Assembly: GCA_951406725.2 (NCBI GenBank)
Contig: OX597823.1
Location: 20,274,001 to 20,338,000, forward strand
Source: Octopus vulgaris
Taxonomy: Eukaryota
Length of the DNA: 64,000 nt
Direction: 5' to 3'
Shown here: one piece after another, positions 40,703-53,605 of the stretch
Layout of the letters: every line of letters starts with the position of its first letter
Position numbering within the stretch: the first letter of the stretch is position 1
Program-made: the position numbers and the translations under genes
The notes under the pieces: generated by a model
Database searches by the model: none
The model's input: only the letters and a program-made list of their open reading frames with translations
Told to the model about the DNA's origin: nothing

Positions 40703-40838
40703 GTACACACACGCAGACAGACAAACACAAACACACACATTCACACATACATACTCTCACTTAACGTACTTTCATACACTAGATACACATATATATGCAT
40801 AAATGCGCATGCATACGTTACATATACCCGTATATCTA

Positions 40839-40921
<83 letters not shown>

Positions 40922-40950
40922 GTATGTATGTATGTATGTATGTATGTATG

Positions 40951-41035
<85 letters not shown>

Positions 41036-41160
41036 GTCTATCTATCTATCTATCTATCTATATATGAATACATGTTGCATGAATAGATATATACATAATT
41101 ACAAAGGTGTATACTTATAAATGTAGAGCTAATCATATTATAGGTACGCCAGCATGTATG

Positions 41161-41192
<32 letters not shown>

Positions 41193-41362
41193 AGTACGTG
41201 TGTGAGTGTATGCGCGTGTGTGTCCGTGTATAACTATAAAGAGGTTTCATACATATACATGCATACATATGCTCACATGGACAAAAGTATACATACACGT
41301 AAATGCATGTACCATTAAATACATACATATATACATACACACATATATACTAATATATATAC

Positions 41363-41431
<69 letters not shown>

Positions 41432-41710
41432 CATGTGTGTGCGTGTGCGTAGATATATACTTCCATACTGATATGGTGCACACATACGTACGCACCTGTA
41501 AATTATTCACAGCATTTAGTTATGATAAATATAAACGTGTACGAAATGATATAGCAATATACATGGAAGCCGATATTCTCATCTATCAAAACTCACACGC
41601 TCTCTTCCCTCTCTTTTCTTTCTCTCACCCTTTCTCCCCGCTTTCTCCCTCTTCAACCCACTCTCTCTGTACACACACATGCACACACACACACATGCAC
41701 ACACACACAT

Positions 41711-41796
<86 letters not shown>

Positions 41797-42066
41797 CTAC
41801 AAGCATATATGCATATTTTCATATGTCTTTATGTATATATACAGAAATTATATACTGAAGTACGTACATGTAGGCAGATACTCATGGAAGCATACATATA
41901 TAAATATATACACTCATATATGTATGTATGTTTGTATGTATGTATGTATGTATGCATATTCGTGTGTGCGTATTTATACATGAATATATGTATACACTTC
42001 AATAATTGTGTATATACATATTTTCATGTGTGCGTATATATATATATGAATATATATATATATATA

Positions 42067-42102
<36 letters not shown>

Positions 42103-42158
42103 TGTATATAAGTATATACATGTATACATGTGTATATGTATATATATACATATGTATA

Positions 42159-42193
<35 letters not shown>

Positions 42194-42198
<5 letters not shown>

Positions 42199-42833
42199 AA
42201 TCAAGGAACGGCCATAATAGGCCATTCACCCACTAGAAATAACAGCCAAAAGCTTTAACCGCAAAATAACATTAATACCGTAAACCAGGAGAAAATTGAA
42301 AAACTTTTACCCTGTAATTTCTTAGACGATGCACCGTTTCATCTACCGTTTAATGGTAAACTAACCTGATTAAATTAAATCAAGCCAATCCACCATAGGC
42401 CCTTAGACTCATCAGTAAGAAATAGCCAAATCGGGACAGATATTTTTCACGAGGCATTCCTCTTGCTGCCTCGGCAGTATCTGACCTAAAATTTTCAAAT
42501 CGTCGCACTCGCGCCAAATTTATCGGCAGCAAAAGAACCACCGATTCCGTTACGGAACTAACCAGAAAATTCATAATTAATCAATATAGGGTGGCAAAAA
42601 AATTTTGTAGAATTCTTTTGCCACCAGCGGCCTAGTAGGAAAAAATTAAATAGTCATAAACCATTTTTACGTTCAACATCACAATCAAGGAACGGCCATA
42701 ATAGGCCATTCACCCACTAGAAATAACAGCCAAAAGCTTTAACCGCAAAATAACATTAATACCGTAAACCAGGAGAAAATTGAAAAACTTTTACCCTGTA
42801 ATTTCTTAGACGATGCACCAAAATTTTTTTGCC

Positions 42834-42842
<9 letters not shown>
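42194..42842 (-). mobile_element. Retrozyme-like element: ~1.3 tandem units of a 484-nt HHR-containing monomer inserted in (TA)n
   Basis: Identical 142-bp direct repeats at 42194-42335 and 42678-42819; terminal 24-bp inversion 42819-42842 equals the reverse complement of 42584-42607; related copy at 49244-49726. Confidence 0.85.
42317..42423 (-). ncRNA. Intact type I hammerhead ribozyme with long stem II extension
   Basis: AUUUCUUA-CUGAUGA-GUCUA[...]UAGAU-GAAA-C-GGUGCAUC-GUC^UAAGAAAU; 8-bp stem I, all core bases present; predicted cleavage between 42325 and 42324. Confidence 0.92.
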
Positions 42843-42882
<40 letters not shown>

Positions 42883-43455
42883 TATACATATGTCTGTGTG
42901 TGTATTAGTATATGTATATATGTGTGTGTATGCGTGTGTGTATATGTGTGTGTGTGTGTGTTTGTGTGTATGGATTCACAGAAACACTCAGAGTAAGATC
43001 CTCACTTGTAGATTGGATAGATACATGTGCAAGCGACTGTTTTATAAATCGAGATGAATTACAAACCAGAACGAGGACATTCAATGCAAATTCGTACGAG
43101 AGAAATATGAGAGTCATTAAATTCAATGTTGTTTCAAACAATTAAGATTGTTTCACTGTTTAAGCACTTGTGAAATCTGTTTTGTTCAGAGGTTGAGTAA
43201 TATACTCTAAAGTTTGTCAACACTGAATTTAATAAACTGTCTTTCTTTCTTTCTTTCGTTTCTTTCTTTCTTTCTATTTGCAACTATACGCATACATACT
43301 ATAAATGCTTACATATGTATTGAAATAGAGGGTTACATGCGTTTGTTTATATATGCATGCAATGTATGTATACTTATGCTCACTCTCGCTCATCCACGCA
43401 TACATACATTCATACATGCATGCATGCATGACTGCGTACACACACACATACATAT

Positions 43456-44420
43456 ATGCAAATGTACATACATACAAACATATATACAAACATACATATA
43501 TATATAGATACACACACACATATACATCCAAACATACATACATATATGCATAATTACATACATACAGACATTCATTCATACATACACATACATACAATCA
43601 TTCATACATACACACGTACATACATGCATACATACATGCATATATACATACATACATACATACATACATACATACATACATTAATAATACATTCATGCAT
43701 ACGTACATACATTCTTACATACGTACATAAACACATACATACGCACGTCCGTATGTACGTACATACATTCATACATTCATACAAACTTACATACATTCAT
43801 AAATACGTACATACATACTTACGTACATGCATACATACGTACATGCATACAAATATATACATACATTCATTCATACGTACATACATACATGCATACATAC
43901 ATGCATATATACATACATACATACATACATTAATAATACATTCATACATACGTACATACATTCTTACATACGTACATAAACACATACATACGCACGTCCG
44001 TATGTACGTACATGCATTCATACATTCATACAAACTTACATACATTCATAAATACGTACATACGTACATACATACTTACGTACATGCATACATACGTACA
44101 TACATTCATACATACGCACGTCCGTATGTACGTACATACATTCATACATTCATAAAAACGTACATACATTCATACATTCATACATACGTACATACGTACA
44201 TACATACATACGTACATGCATACAAATATACACATACATTCATTCATACGTACATACATACATACGTACATATATACATACCTACCTACATACATACATA
44301 CATGCATACATACATACATACATACATACATACATACATACATACATACGTACATACATACGTACATACATACATACATACATACATACATACATACATA
44401 CATACATACATACATACATA
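43456..44420. repeat. Degenerate (TACA)n field with a ~249-bp higher-order duplication
   Basis: ttaataatacattcat at 43681 and 43930; shared gcacgtccgtatgtacgtac blocks. Confidence 0.85.
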
Positions 44421-44683
44421 AGGATCACTACCACTAACAATTGATGTTTGACGCCATGTTTGCTATCTATATGTGCTTTCAAATTTTATATTCCGAATTG
44501 ATTCCATGTTTCCTGGACTTCCAATTCCGTTTAAGATTAAATTGGAATAGAATGCATAAAATATAAAGCACCCCCCCTCAAACATTCGCGCGCGCGCACA
44601 CACACACACACTCGCACTCGCACACACAAAGCACACATATACACACAGACACAGGCAGACAGATACACACACATATATGTATG

Positions 44684-44720
<37 letters not shown>

Positions 44721-45256
44721 CTATTTATCTATCTATCAATCTATCTATCTTTCTATCTAGGACTACACACATTTGCATACACATACATACATATGCACAC
44801 GCACATATATACCTCCATATAAATAAATACTTACTTTGTATACATATATATTATATACATTAAATAGATAAGAATGACAAACATAGCGATTCAACAAATG
44901 ATAAAGTTCAGTATTTATTGTAAATGTTGACAATATCTTCGAAACCAACAAGCGAGAGATATTTATTAACTAACGGAGCGTTACTAAAATAATCTGTCAT
45001 AAGTTTTGAAGCATCAACAAAAAAACATGTCACGGACAAGCTTTTTTCATTCAGTGATTTTGCCTTGATAAAATCATTGAAAGAAAAAACCAAAAAAAAA
45101 AAAGAGTACACGATGTCGGAGCCAAGAAACTACTTTGTGCCGTTACAAAAAAGTTCATCTGACCTTCCGTCTCAAACAACTGCAGCCGAAATATTCTCAT
45201 GAAGGGAGATAATCACAGTATTCTTCTCGGGATACCGATTACTATTAGTATTCTCC

Positions 45257-45486
45257 GGCGAGCTGGCAGAATCGTTAGCACGCCGGGCGAAATGCTTAGC
45301 GGTATTTCGTCTGTCGCAACGTTCTGAGTTCAAATTCCGCCGAGGTCGACTTTGCTTTTCATCCTTTCGGGGTCGATAAATTAAGTACCAGTTACGCACT
45401 GGGGTCGATGTAATCGACTTAATACCTATGTCTGTCCTTGTTTGTCCCCTCTGTGTTTAGCCCCTTGTGGGCAATAAAGAAATAAG
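45257..45486 (+). mobile_element. SINE family C with TSD agtattctcc(gg)
   Basis: Full length and near consensus. Confidence 0.95.
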
Positions 45487-46302
45487 TATTCTCCGGTGAG
45501 TTTCTCTCTTCAACGTATGGAAGGCTGTGGTGACAGCCACAAAACAGTATACAGTTCTTTCTTTCTCTTCTGTACGTTCTATACATTCATATGTGTATCC
45601 ATTTTTGCCTGCTTGCATGTATGTCTTCACATTTGTCATTTCTTACTATTTTCTTTCTTTGCTTGAAAGCCCTAACTTTTCCAGATTGGCAGTTAGACAC
45701 TTTCTAAAATAATGAAAGACATCAATAATTAATGAAGCAAATGTAAATTTATAATCAAAATAGAGAAGATGCAGATTTCGAAGGAGTTGTCCTTAAATAT
45801 ACTCCTTATCCATCTTTTGTAAGAGATCTGTTAACCTCTAAGACTACATGATTTTTCTTTTCTCTTCTAAATAACTATGACAGGTCCCCTATGGTAGAAG
45901 TTGTGATGGAAACACTCCATTAATATTTCTCCTGTTGATATGCATGTTCCATAACAGAAGGGCTGTTTTTTTAAAATTATTAATCTCATGGCGGTTTTTC
46001 CTGCGGATAACATTGTTTAGTGATTTATCAACAACATCTTTCTCACAGCAGGAGGTAGTGCCTCGATGACGCTTTGGGGAAGCAGCTGATTACGTGTTAT
46101 GTTCTCCACAGAAAAGTGACGTAATCGATATTTGCGATTGTATCTGGGCACTTTCGTTTCTCTATTATGAATTTCATAGTGATTTCAAGTGGAAAAGCGT
46201 AGCTTTCGGCATGTGACGTGATGTGACAGTCACGAGTCCATGAGTCGCTACACTTCATGTTAATATCATCCTCCTCTTCAACTTTACGCGAAACAGTGGC
46301 TA

Positions 46303-46702
46303 CAGGCGCAGGAGTGGCTGTGTGGTAATTAGCTTTCTAACCAACCACATGGTTCCGGGTTCAGTCCCACTGCGTGGCATCTTTGGCAAATGTCTTCTGC
46401 TATAGCCCCGGGCCGACCAATTCCTTGTGAGTGGATTTGGTAGACGGAAACTGAAAGAAGCCTGTCGTATATATGTATATATATATATATGTGTGTGTGT
46501 TTGTGTGTCTGTGTTTGTCCCCCTAGCATTGCTTGACAACCGATGCTTGTGTGTTTACGTTCCCGTCACTTAGCGGTTCGGTTAAAGAGACCGATAAAAT
46601 AAGTACTGGGCTTACAAAGAATAAGTCCCGGGGTCGATTTGCTCGACTAAAGGCGGTGCTCCAGCATGGTCGCAGTCAAATGACTGAAACAAATAAAAGA
46701 GT
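46303..46702 (+). mobile_element. SINE family B
   Basis: Matches the other copies. Confidence 0.95.
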
Positions 46703-46924
46703 ACCCAAACTTTTGTGTTATGCAAAGTGATTCCTTTTTATAATCCACGAGAGACACTCGTATCCCGAGGAAGAGACGAGGAACACCGCAGCAATGGAGG
46801 GTGTACATCAACAGATAATTCTATATTGATACGGCTAGAAAAGATTGATAAAAAAATATCGGTACCCAAATAGGCAGGAATGTTACGAACTTGCTTATTG
46901 TTGCAATATATATGATTATATAAA

Positions 46925-47085
46925 GGGAGCGAGTTGGCAGGATCGTCTGCACGGCGGGCAAAATGTTTGGCGGCATTTCATCCGTCTTTACGATCTGAGT
47001 TCAAATTCCGCCGAGGTCGATTTTGCCTTTTATCCTTTTGGGGTCGATAAAATAAGTACCAGTTGCGTACTGGGGTTGAATTATC
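46925..47085 (+). mobile_element. SINE family C, 3'-truncated
   Basis: Head and core present. Confidence 0.85.
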
Positions 47086-47232
47086 CCAACACCTAGAATT
47101 ACTGGTATTGTGGCAAAGTTTCAAATCGATATATTTGATTATAGAAAATTTTTCTTTATAAGGTCTGCTCAATCAAGGTTAAAATATGGCTGCACAACAA
47201 CAGTAAAACATACAAATACACAGTTTACATAT

Positions 47233-47993
47233 TCTTTTCTTTTGTACTCTAGGCACAAGGCCCGAAATTTTTGGGGAGGGGGCCAGTCGATTAGATCGAC
47301 CCCAGTACGTAACAGGTCCTAATTTATCGACCCTGAAAGGATGAAAAGCAAAGTCGACCTCAGCGGAATTTGAACTCAGAACGTAACGGCAGACGAAATA
47401 CCTATTTCTTTACTACCCACAAGCGGCTAAACAGAGAGAGGACAAACAAGGACAGACAAACGGATTAAGTCGATTATATCGACCCTAGTGCGTAACTGGT
47501 ACTTATTTAATCGACCCCGAAAGGATGAAAGGCAAAGTCGACCTCGGCGGAATTTGAACTCTGAACGTAGCGGCAGACGAAATACCTATTTCTATTTCTT
47601 TACTACTCACAAGGTCCTAAACACAGACAGAACAAACAAGGAAAGACACACGGATTAAGTCGATTATATCGACCCCAGTGCGTAACTGGTACTTATTTAA
47701 TTGATCCCGAAAGGATGAAAGGCGAAGTCGACCTCGGTGGAATTTGAACTCATAACGTAGCGGCAGACGAAATACCTATCTCTTTACTACCCACAGAGGG
47801 GGCAAACAAGGATAGACAAACGGATTAAGTCGATTACATCGAGACCAGTACGCAACTGGTACTTATTTAATCGACCCCGAAAGGATGAAAGGCAAAGTCG
47901 ACCTCGGCCGAATTTGAACTCAGAACGTAGCGTCAGACGAAATACCGCTAAGCATTTCGCCCGGCATGCTAACGTTTCTGCCAGCTCGCCACC
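47233..47993 (-). mobile_element. Tetrameric tandem SINE family C (X-X-X-Y)
   Basis: Junctions gacgaaatacctat near 47401, 47585 and 47776; Y tail at 47233. Confidence 0.9.
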
Positions 47994-48221
47994 TTACACA
48001 ATTTACATATTGGGTGGATGATGTTTCATGTCTTACTCACATGGGGAAGATCATTGCCCACAACGTTTGGTTCTTGAAACTAGATCATGGTAGATGAAAA
48101 CGGGGAAATTAATCTTCAGATTAAAAGCCTGGTCCGAATGCTTGCATCACCTGAAACACGACCACCAATAACAAAACCGCTCCACCCCATCATCACCACT
48201 ACCACCACAACCACCATCACC

Positions 48222-48253
<32 letters not shown>

Positions 48254-48968
48254 CAACAGCAAGAGGAACACCAACAATACGACGACGACCACAACCACCA
48301 CCACCACCATCACCACCACTACCAGCACAATCATCACTATGACAACCGCAACAACAGCAACCGCAAAAATACCACCACGACGACCACCATCGCCACCACC
48401 ACCAACACCACCAAGAACAGCAACAACAACAACAACAATAACAACAAAACAAAAGCAACAAGTGCAACACGACGATTACCACAACAAAGATGACCACCAC
48501 GCAAACGAGCAGCAGCAGCAGCAGCAGTAGCAGCAACATGCACAGCATGGAGAATAACATTTAAGTGCAACAGTTTATCCGCTAATGTCTGCAGTGAATA
48601 CTGAAACGCATCAATCTCCTCTTTATCTGCTGCTCTATCCAATAACCAGCCTCCTCTCTGGACACCTTTATCTAGAAGGTTCTTAGTTTCTCAGGCTCTC
48701 AGCTCACTTAATGATGTATCTTTCTATTGCATCAGTGCCTCAGTAGAGGACAGCTAACACACACACACACAAACACACACAATCAGGCAATAACACACAC
48801 ACACACATATATATATATAAAGAACTCTCTCTTCCTCTCTCTCTCATCTCTCTCTATATGTATGTATATATATATATATATACATATGCATGTATATATA
48901 GATATATATATATGTATGCATATATATATGCATATATATATATACATAAATATATATATGTACATGTG

Positions 48969-49021
<53 letters not shown>

Positions 49022-49111
49022 ACATGTATATATATATGTATATATGTATATATGCGTTAATATATGTTTATATATATATCTGTGTGTATAATATATACGT
49101 TAATATATGTT

Positions 49112-49142
<31 letters not shown>

Positions 49143-49188
49143 ATGTGTACAATATATACGTATAGATATCTACTTACAAATATAGATA

Positions 49189-49243
<55 letters not shown>

Positions 49244-49247
<4 letters not shown>

Positions 49248-49718
49248 ACAATAAAGGAACGGCCATAATAGGCCATTCACCTACTAGAAATAACAGCCAA
49301 AGCTTCAACCGCAAATAAGCGTGGAATAAACTGCCTGCATCAGTTGTTGACTGCCATGACACTGCATCCTTTAAGGCCCTCATGCTTTCCGAAATCCGTC
49401 GAAACTACACCTGATTATATATACACTTTAGATGAGTTGTAGTGCACCTGAGCACTGTACACAATTATTATTATTATTATTATTATAAAAAGAAATTACA
49501 GGGTAAATGTTTTTAAATTTTCTCCTGGTTTACTGAATTAACTTTTATTTGCGGTTGAAGCTTTGGCTGTTATTTCTAGTAGGTGAATGACCTATTATGG
49601 CCGTTCCTTTATTGTTGATGTTGAACTTAAAAATGGTCTATGACTATTTTAATTTTTTCCTACTAGGCCGCTGGTGGCAAAAGAATCCTACAAAATTTTT
49701 TTTGCCACCCTATATTGA

Positions 49719-49726
<8 letters not shown>
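49244..49726. mobile_element. Second locus of the 484-nt retrozyme family: inverted arm (49244-49318), CR1-like LINE 3' end (49319-49486), sense part (49490-49726)
   Basis: 49490-49726 matches the reverse complement of ~42574-42807; the middle translates AWNKLPASVVDCHDTASFKALM and ends in (ATT)n; (TA)n on both sides. Confidence 0.85.
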
Positions 49727-49763
<37 letters not shown>

Positions 49764-50682
49764 TATGTGCGTGTGTGTATGTGTACGCATCAATATATCT
49801 ATGTATATATGCGTGAACACACATACACATATACGCGCACATGCACACATACACACATACGCCCGCATGCACGTATATAACCCGCACTCAAATACATATA
49901 CACACACAAATGCATGCACACACACACATTCTTAGTCGTATACAAAACTCTCCGTCTCCTTCACAAATGTACCCAGGCATTCTCTGTTTCTCTGTCGAAT
50001 GCTCACATAGGTATTCTCTCAGTCTCTTTTCGAACACACACACATACACACATACCGTTACCCTTACATACATACACTCTCGAATCCTTTTTAAACACAC
50101 GCATACATACATAAACACACACACACATGCACAATCTATTTACGCCTCAGTTAAACATGAGCAGGTCCTACATGCGGACGAAACATTCGGAATACAATTA
50201 GACGTCGTGTCTCTAAAGGAATCTAAAAGCCTACACAAACACCCGTATACAAACATACACGCGCACACACACACACAAACGCGCATAGATAGACGCCCAC
50301 ACACGTACACACACACACACTAAAACACTCGTTCAGAAGTCCGTTTATCCATCTTGTTATGCAGTCGCCATAGAAGTGAGTTATCCATCTAGAAATTCTA
50401 TATGTTATATCATAAGTTCCCATATATCATGTCTAGCATCCTATCCCATGTGACATGTTCTCCTCATCTATTGTTCACGGTGGGAACAGAGCTAAATATT
50501 AATCTTCAGCAGCACATCGAGCCTGAACAAAGGTTCATTCATTCATTCAATGCCATTTTGCTTAAAGATTAGCTGAAGATCTATCCATCCATCCATATTT
50601 TCATGCCGACGTACGTACGTACGTACCTACCTACCTACATACATAGATACATACATGTATGTGCGTGTGTGTATAATTATAT

Positions 50683-50732
<50 letters not shown>

Positions 50733-50735
<3 letters not shown>

Positions 50736-50785
50736 TTCAGCAAAAATTTAGATTCAAATGAATATGGTACTTAATTTAGATGCAC
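50733..50785 (-). mobile_element. 3' end of the 60705-61625 element family abutting (TA)n
   Basis: agttcagcaaaaatttagattcaaatgaatatggtacttaatttagatgca is the reverse complement of ~61573-61623. Confidence 0.85.
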
Positions 50786-50967
50786 AAGAACTGTTCTCAG
50801 ATCAACGAGAACTGAAATCCAACTTCTTTATCAAGGGCATGGCCCATGCCGTCGAGAGTGATTATATGAGAAATCGAAATCGAGCTGTTATGGTAAGAGT
50901 AAAGCAGAAAAACAATGCTTGATGCATTTATTTACATGTTGCACAAAATATAGATTATATACATATA

Positions 50968-51130
50968 GGCGCAGGCGTGGCTGTGGTAAGAAGCTTGCTT
51001 TCCAAACATATGGTTCAGGGTTCAGTCCCATTGCGTGGCACCTTGGGCAAGTGTCTTCTAATATAGCCTCGGATCGACCAAAGCCTTGTGAGTAGATTTG
51101 GTAGACGGAAACTGAAAGAAGCCCGCCGTG

Positions 51131-51167
<37 letters not shown>
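50968..51167 (+). mobile_element. SINE family B 5' half, ending in its internal microsatellite
   Basis: Head through gaagcccgccg(TA)(TG). Confidence 0.85.
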
Positions 51168-51251
51168 AGAAGGTTGAAAAGGAACACACGAGTTGATATA
51201 TATGGAAAAAAAGTCAAGATAGAAAATGTTAAAATAATTTTATAAAAAAGA

Positions 51252-51293
51252 TTTCAGTACCGGTTTCAGTCATTAAGACTTTTTCAACTGTAA
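51252..51293 (-). ncRNA. Minimal hammerhead motif with U3:A8 core in a PLE-like terminus (~51168-51350)
   Basis: cag-UUGAAAA-aguc(uuaau)gacu-GAAA-C-cg-GUA-cug; palindromic ACCGGU stem III. Confidence 0.6.
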
Positions 51294-51361
51294 GTATGGA
51301 AAACGATTAAATTTTGGAAAAATTAAAAGAAGAGTGTTTTTAAAAGAATATTTGCACACTC

Positions 51362-52172
51362 TACACTGAATATTGATGACGAAGTCGACACACGCATCGC
51401 CAATGAAATTTATCATTTGGGCGGGTACGTGAATCAGTGGGGGAGAGGACAAGCATTAGATTGGCTACTAAATTGACGGTGTACCAAGCAGCTGTACTGC
51501 CTACGCTACTGTACTCCTGGAAGACTCGGACGGTTTACGAAAGGCACATCACAAAAATCAAACTGCTTCCACTTAAAATGCATGAGAAAGATGTTGAAAA
51601 TCACCGAGCAAGACAAAGTCTCAATCACGGAAATCCTCTCTCGAGCTGATCCCTAAGCGTTTACACACTGCTGTCAAATGGGAAGGCCACTTTGTTCAAA
51701 TGCCTGATGCACAATCCGCAAGCGACTGTTTTACAACGAACAGGTGGAAGGTAAGCGCATGAAATGTGGGCAAGAAAAAAAAGGCGCTTCAAGGAGACAC
51801 TCAAGGCCTCATTGAAGAGCTTTGAGATCAACTCCGACACCTGAGAAACAGACAGAGGCAAAACTGGATCAACAGAAGTACCACTTCCTACGAACATAAC
51901 AGAATTGCTGGGGCACAAAGAAAGCGCAAAATGCGTAAGTCCAGAGCCACCTTCTTGCCTTCAGTTCCCACATACTACAAATACCCGATCTTTGGCTGAG
52001 CCTTCCGAGCACGCATCAGACTGATCGACCACAATCGGATGTACCGTGCCCTGTCTTATTCTCCCATATGAGAGAATATTCTCTCACATAGAAGATGTCT
52101 TATTCACGTCTTATTCGCATGTCTTATTCTCCCATGTCGCTTGGTTATCGTCAACAGCGACAGACAAACTAA
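51362..52172 (+). mobile_element. RTE-clade LINE 3' fragment (pseudogenised)
   Basis: NIDDEVDTRIA..TKLTVYQAAVLPTLLYSWKTRTVYERH..FHLKCMRKMLKITEQDKVSITEILSRA..KRFKETLKASLKSFEI. Confidence 0.85.
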
Positions 52173-52629
52173 TAATTAAACTTCACAAATCTCCTTAGAA
52201 TGCATTCAGTCATTTTATAAGTTGTTAAATCTCGCAGAAAGGATCTTTAATGGTTTTCTCACATCCACCAGGCTGTTGAATCGTATACCGTTGCAGCACG
52301 TACTTCATTCTTAGAACGCCAAATTCACCGTGTGTTAGGTAAATAAACCCAGGATAGACATAAACCTGACAATTTTACAGTTATTTATCCACGATAGACC
52401 TAATATATAGAATAGTTGATAACTTAAAATAAGGGTTAAGTGGGAAAGTAGCGTATGGCACAGTTATATATTGTCCACAAAAAAACAAAACAAAAACTTA
52501 ACATTCTCCATATTCTTTATACTTCACCCTTATTTTGCTGCGTTTTGATACCCATTTAAAATTGTTAGTTTGAAAAGTTGATAGTAAGTCTGTATCAAAT
52601 TTTTCTTAACTTCTATTCTTTTTATAATG

Positions 52630-53014
52630 TACTAGCAGTATCGCCCGGCGTTGCTCGGGTTTGTAAGGGAAATAACTATATAAGCATTTTAGAGATGTAA
52701 AGTATAATAGCCATTTCAATATGGCTAACCACAAAGGGGGGTGTTATTGTAGCTTTTTACGTTCTGAGATTTAATAATAAATTTTTAGAGAGTTACTTCC
52801 CTTATATATGCCAAAAATGCATTAAAGATGGGAAAAATTGATGGTAAATTTTTTTTTAACCGTAGACGTGCGCTAATACCCAGAAGGGCTCGATATGAAT
52901 CACGACTATAAGATACCAGGTTTTGGTTAAACTGCACCGCAAAATGTGGGAGTAGTTAGGAATCTAAATCGTAGGAGACAGGCAGCACACAACCTCACTT
53001 TTATATATAAAGAT
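52630..53014 (+). mobile_element. Non-autonomous Helentron/HINE-like element
   Basis: 5' tactag..cccggcgttgctcggg hairpin and 3' ttttatatataaagat; 3' end repeated at 4022-4112. Confidence 0.7.
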
Positions 53015-53386
53015 ATTTCGCTATCTGGTGATATTACTATACAAATACCTGATTTGATGGAATTATCAAATATACTGAATATCAATTAAAAAGAAAATTA
53101 CGGTACCTTCAAAAACTACCAGCTTACTACACAAATGGCAATGTGTAACATGAGTAAACACTTTATAGAGCAAAACCAAATTGTGACAAACTAATTGCTT
53201 TATTTTGTGCGCGTTAATAAAGCAGCAAGATGAAAGAACGTTCAAATTTAAACGTTAAATTCAGGAGCACGACCAAGGAAAAAAGATGGCTGAATTTCTT
53301 TGCCATTTTGTCCGTTAAATTGCTGCAATATTTAAACGCGTTACATAGAGGTTTTGTTCGCACAGGAAACGGAAGGCAAGATTGTG

Positions 53387-53605
<219 letters not shown>

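Noticed and set aside
45490-45502. Consensus-like splice donor CG/GTGAGT
   Set aside because: No credible upstream exon or acceptor; lies at a SINE TSD
47233-47993. Regularly spaced repeats as a CRISPR-like array
   Set aside because: Whole ~185-bp units repeat with no unique spacers; eukaryotic SINE multimer
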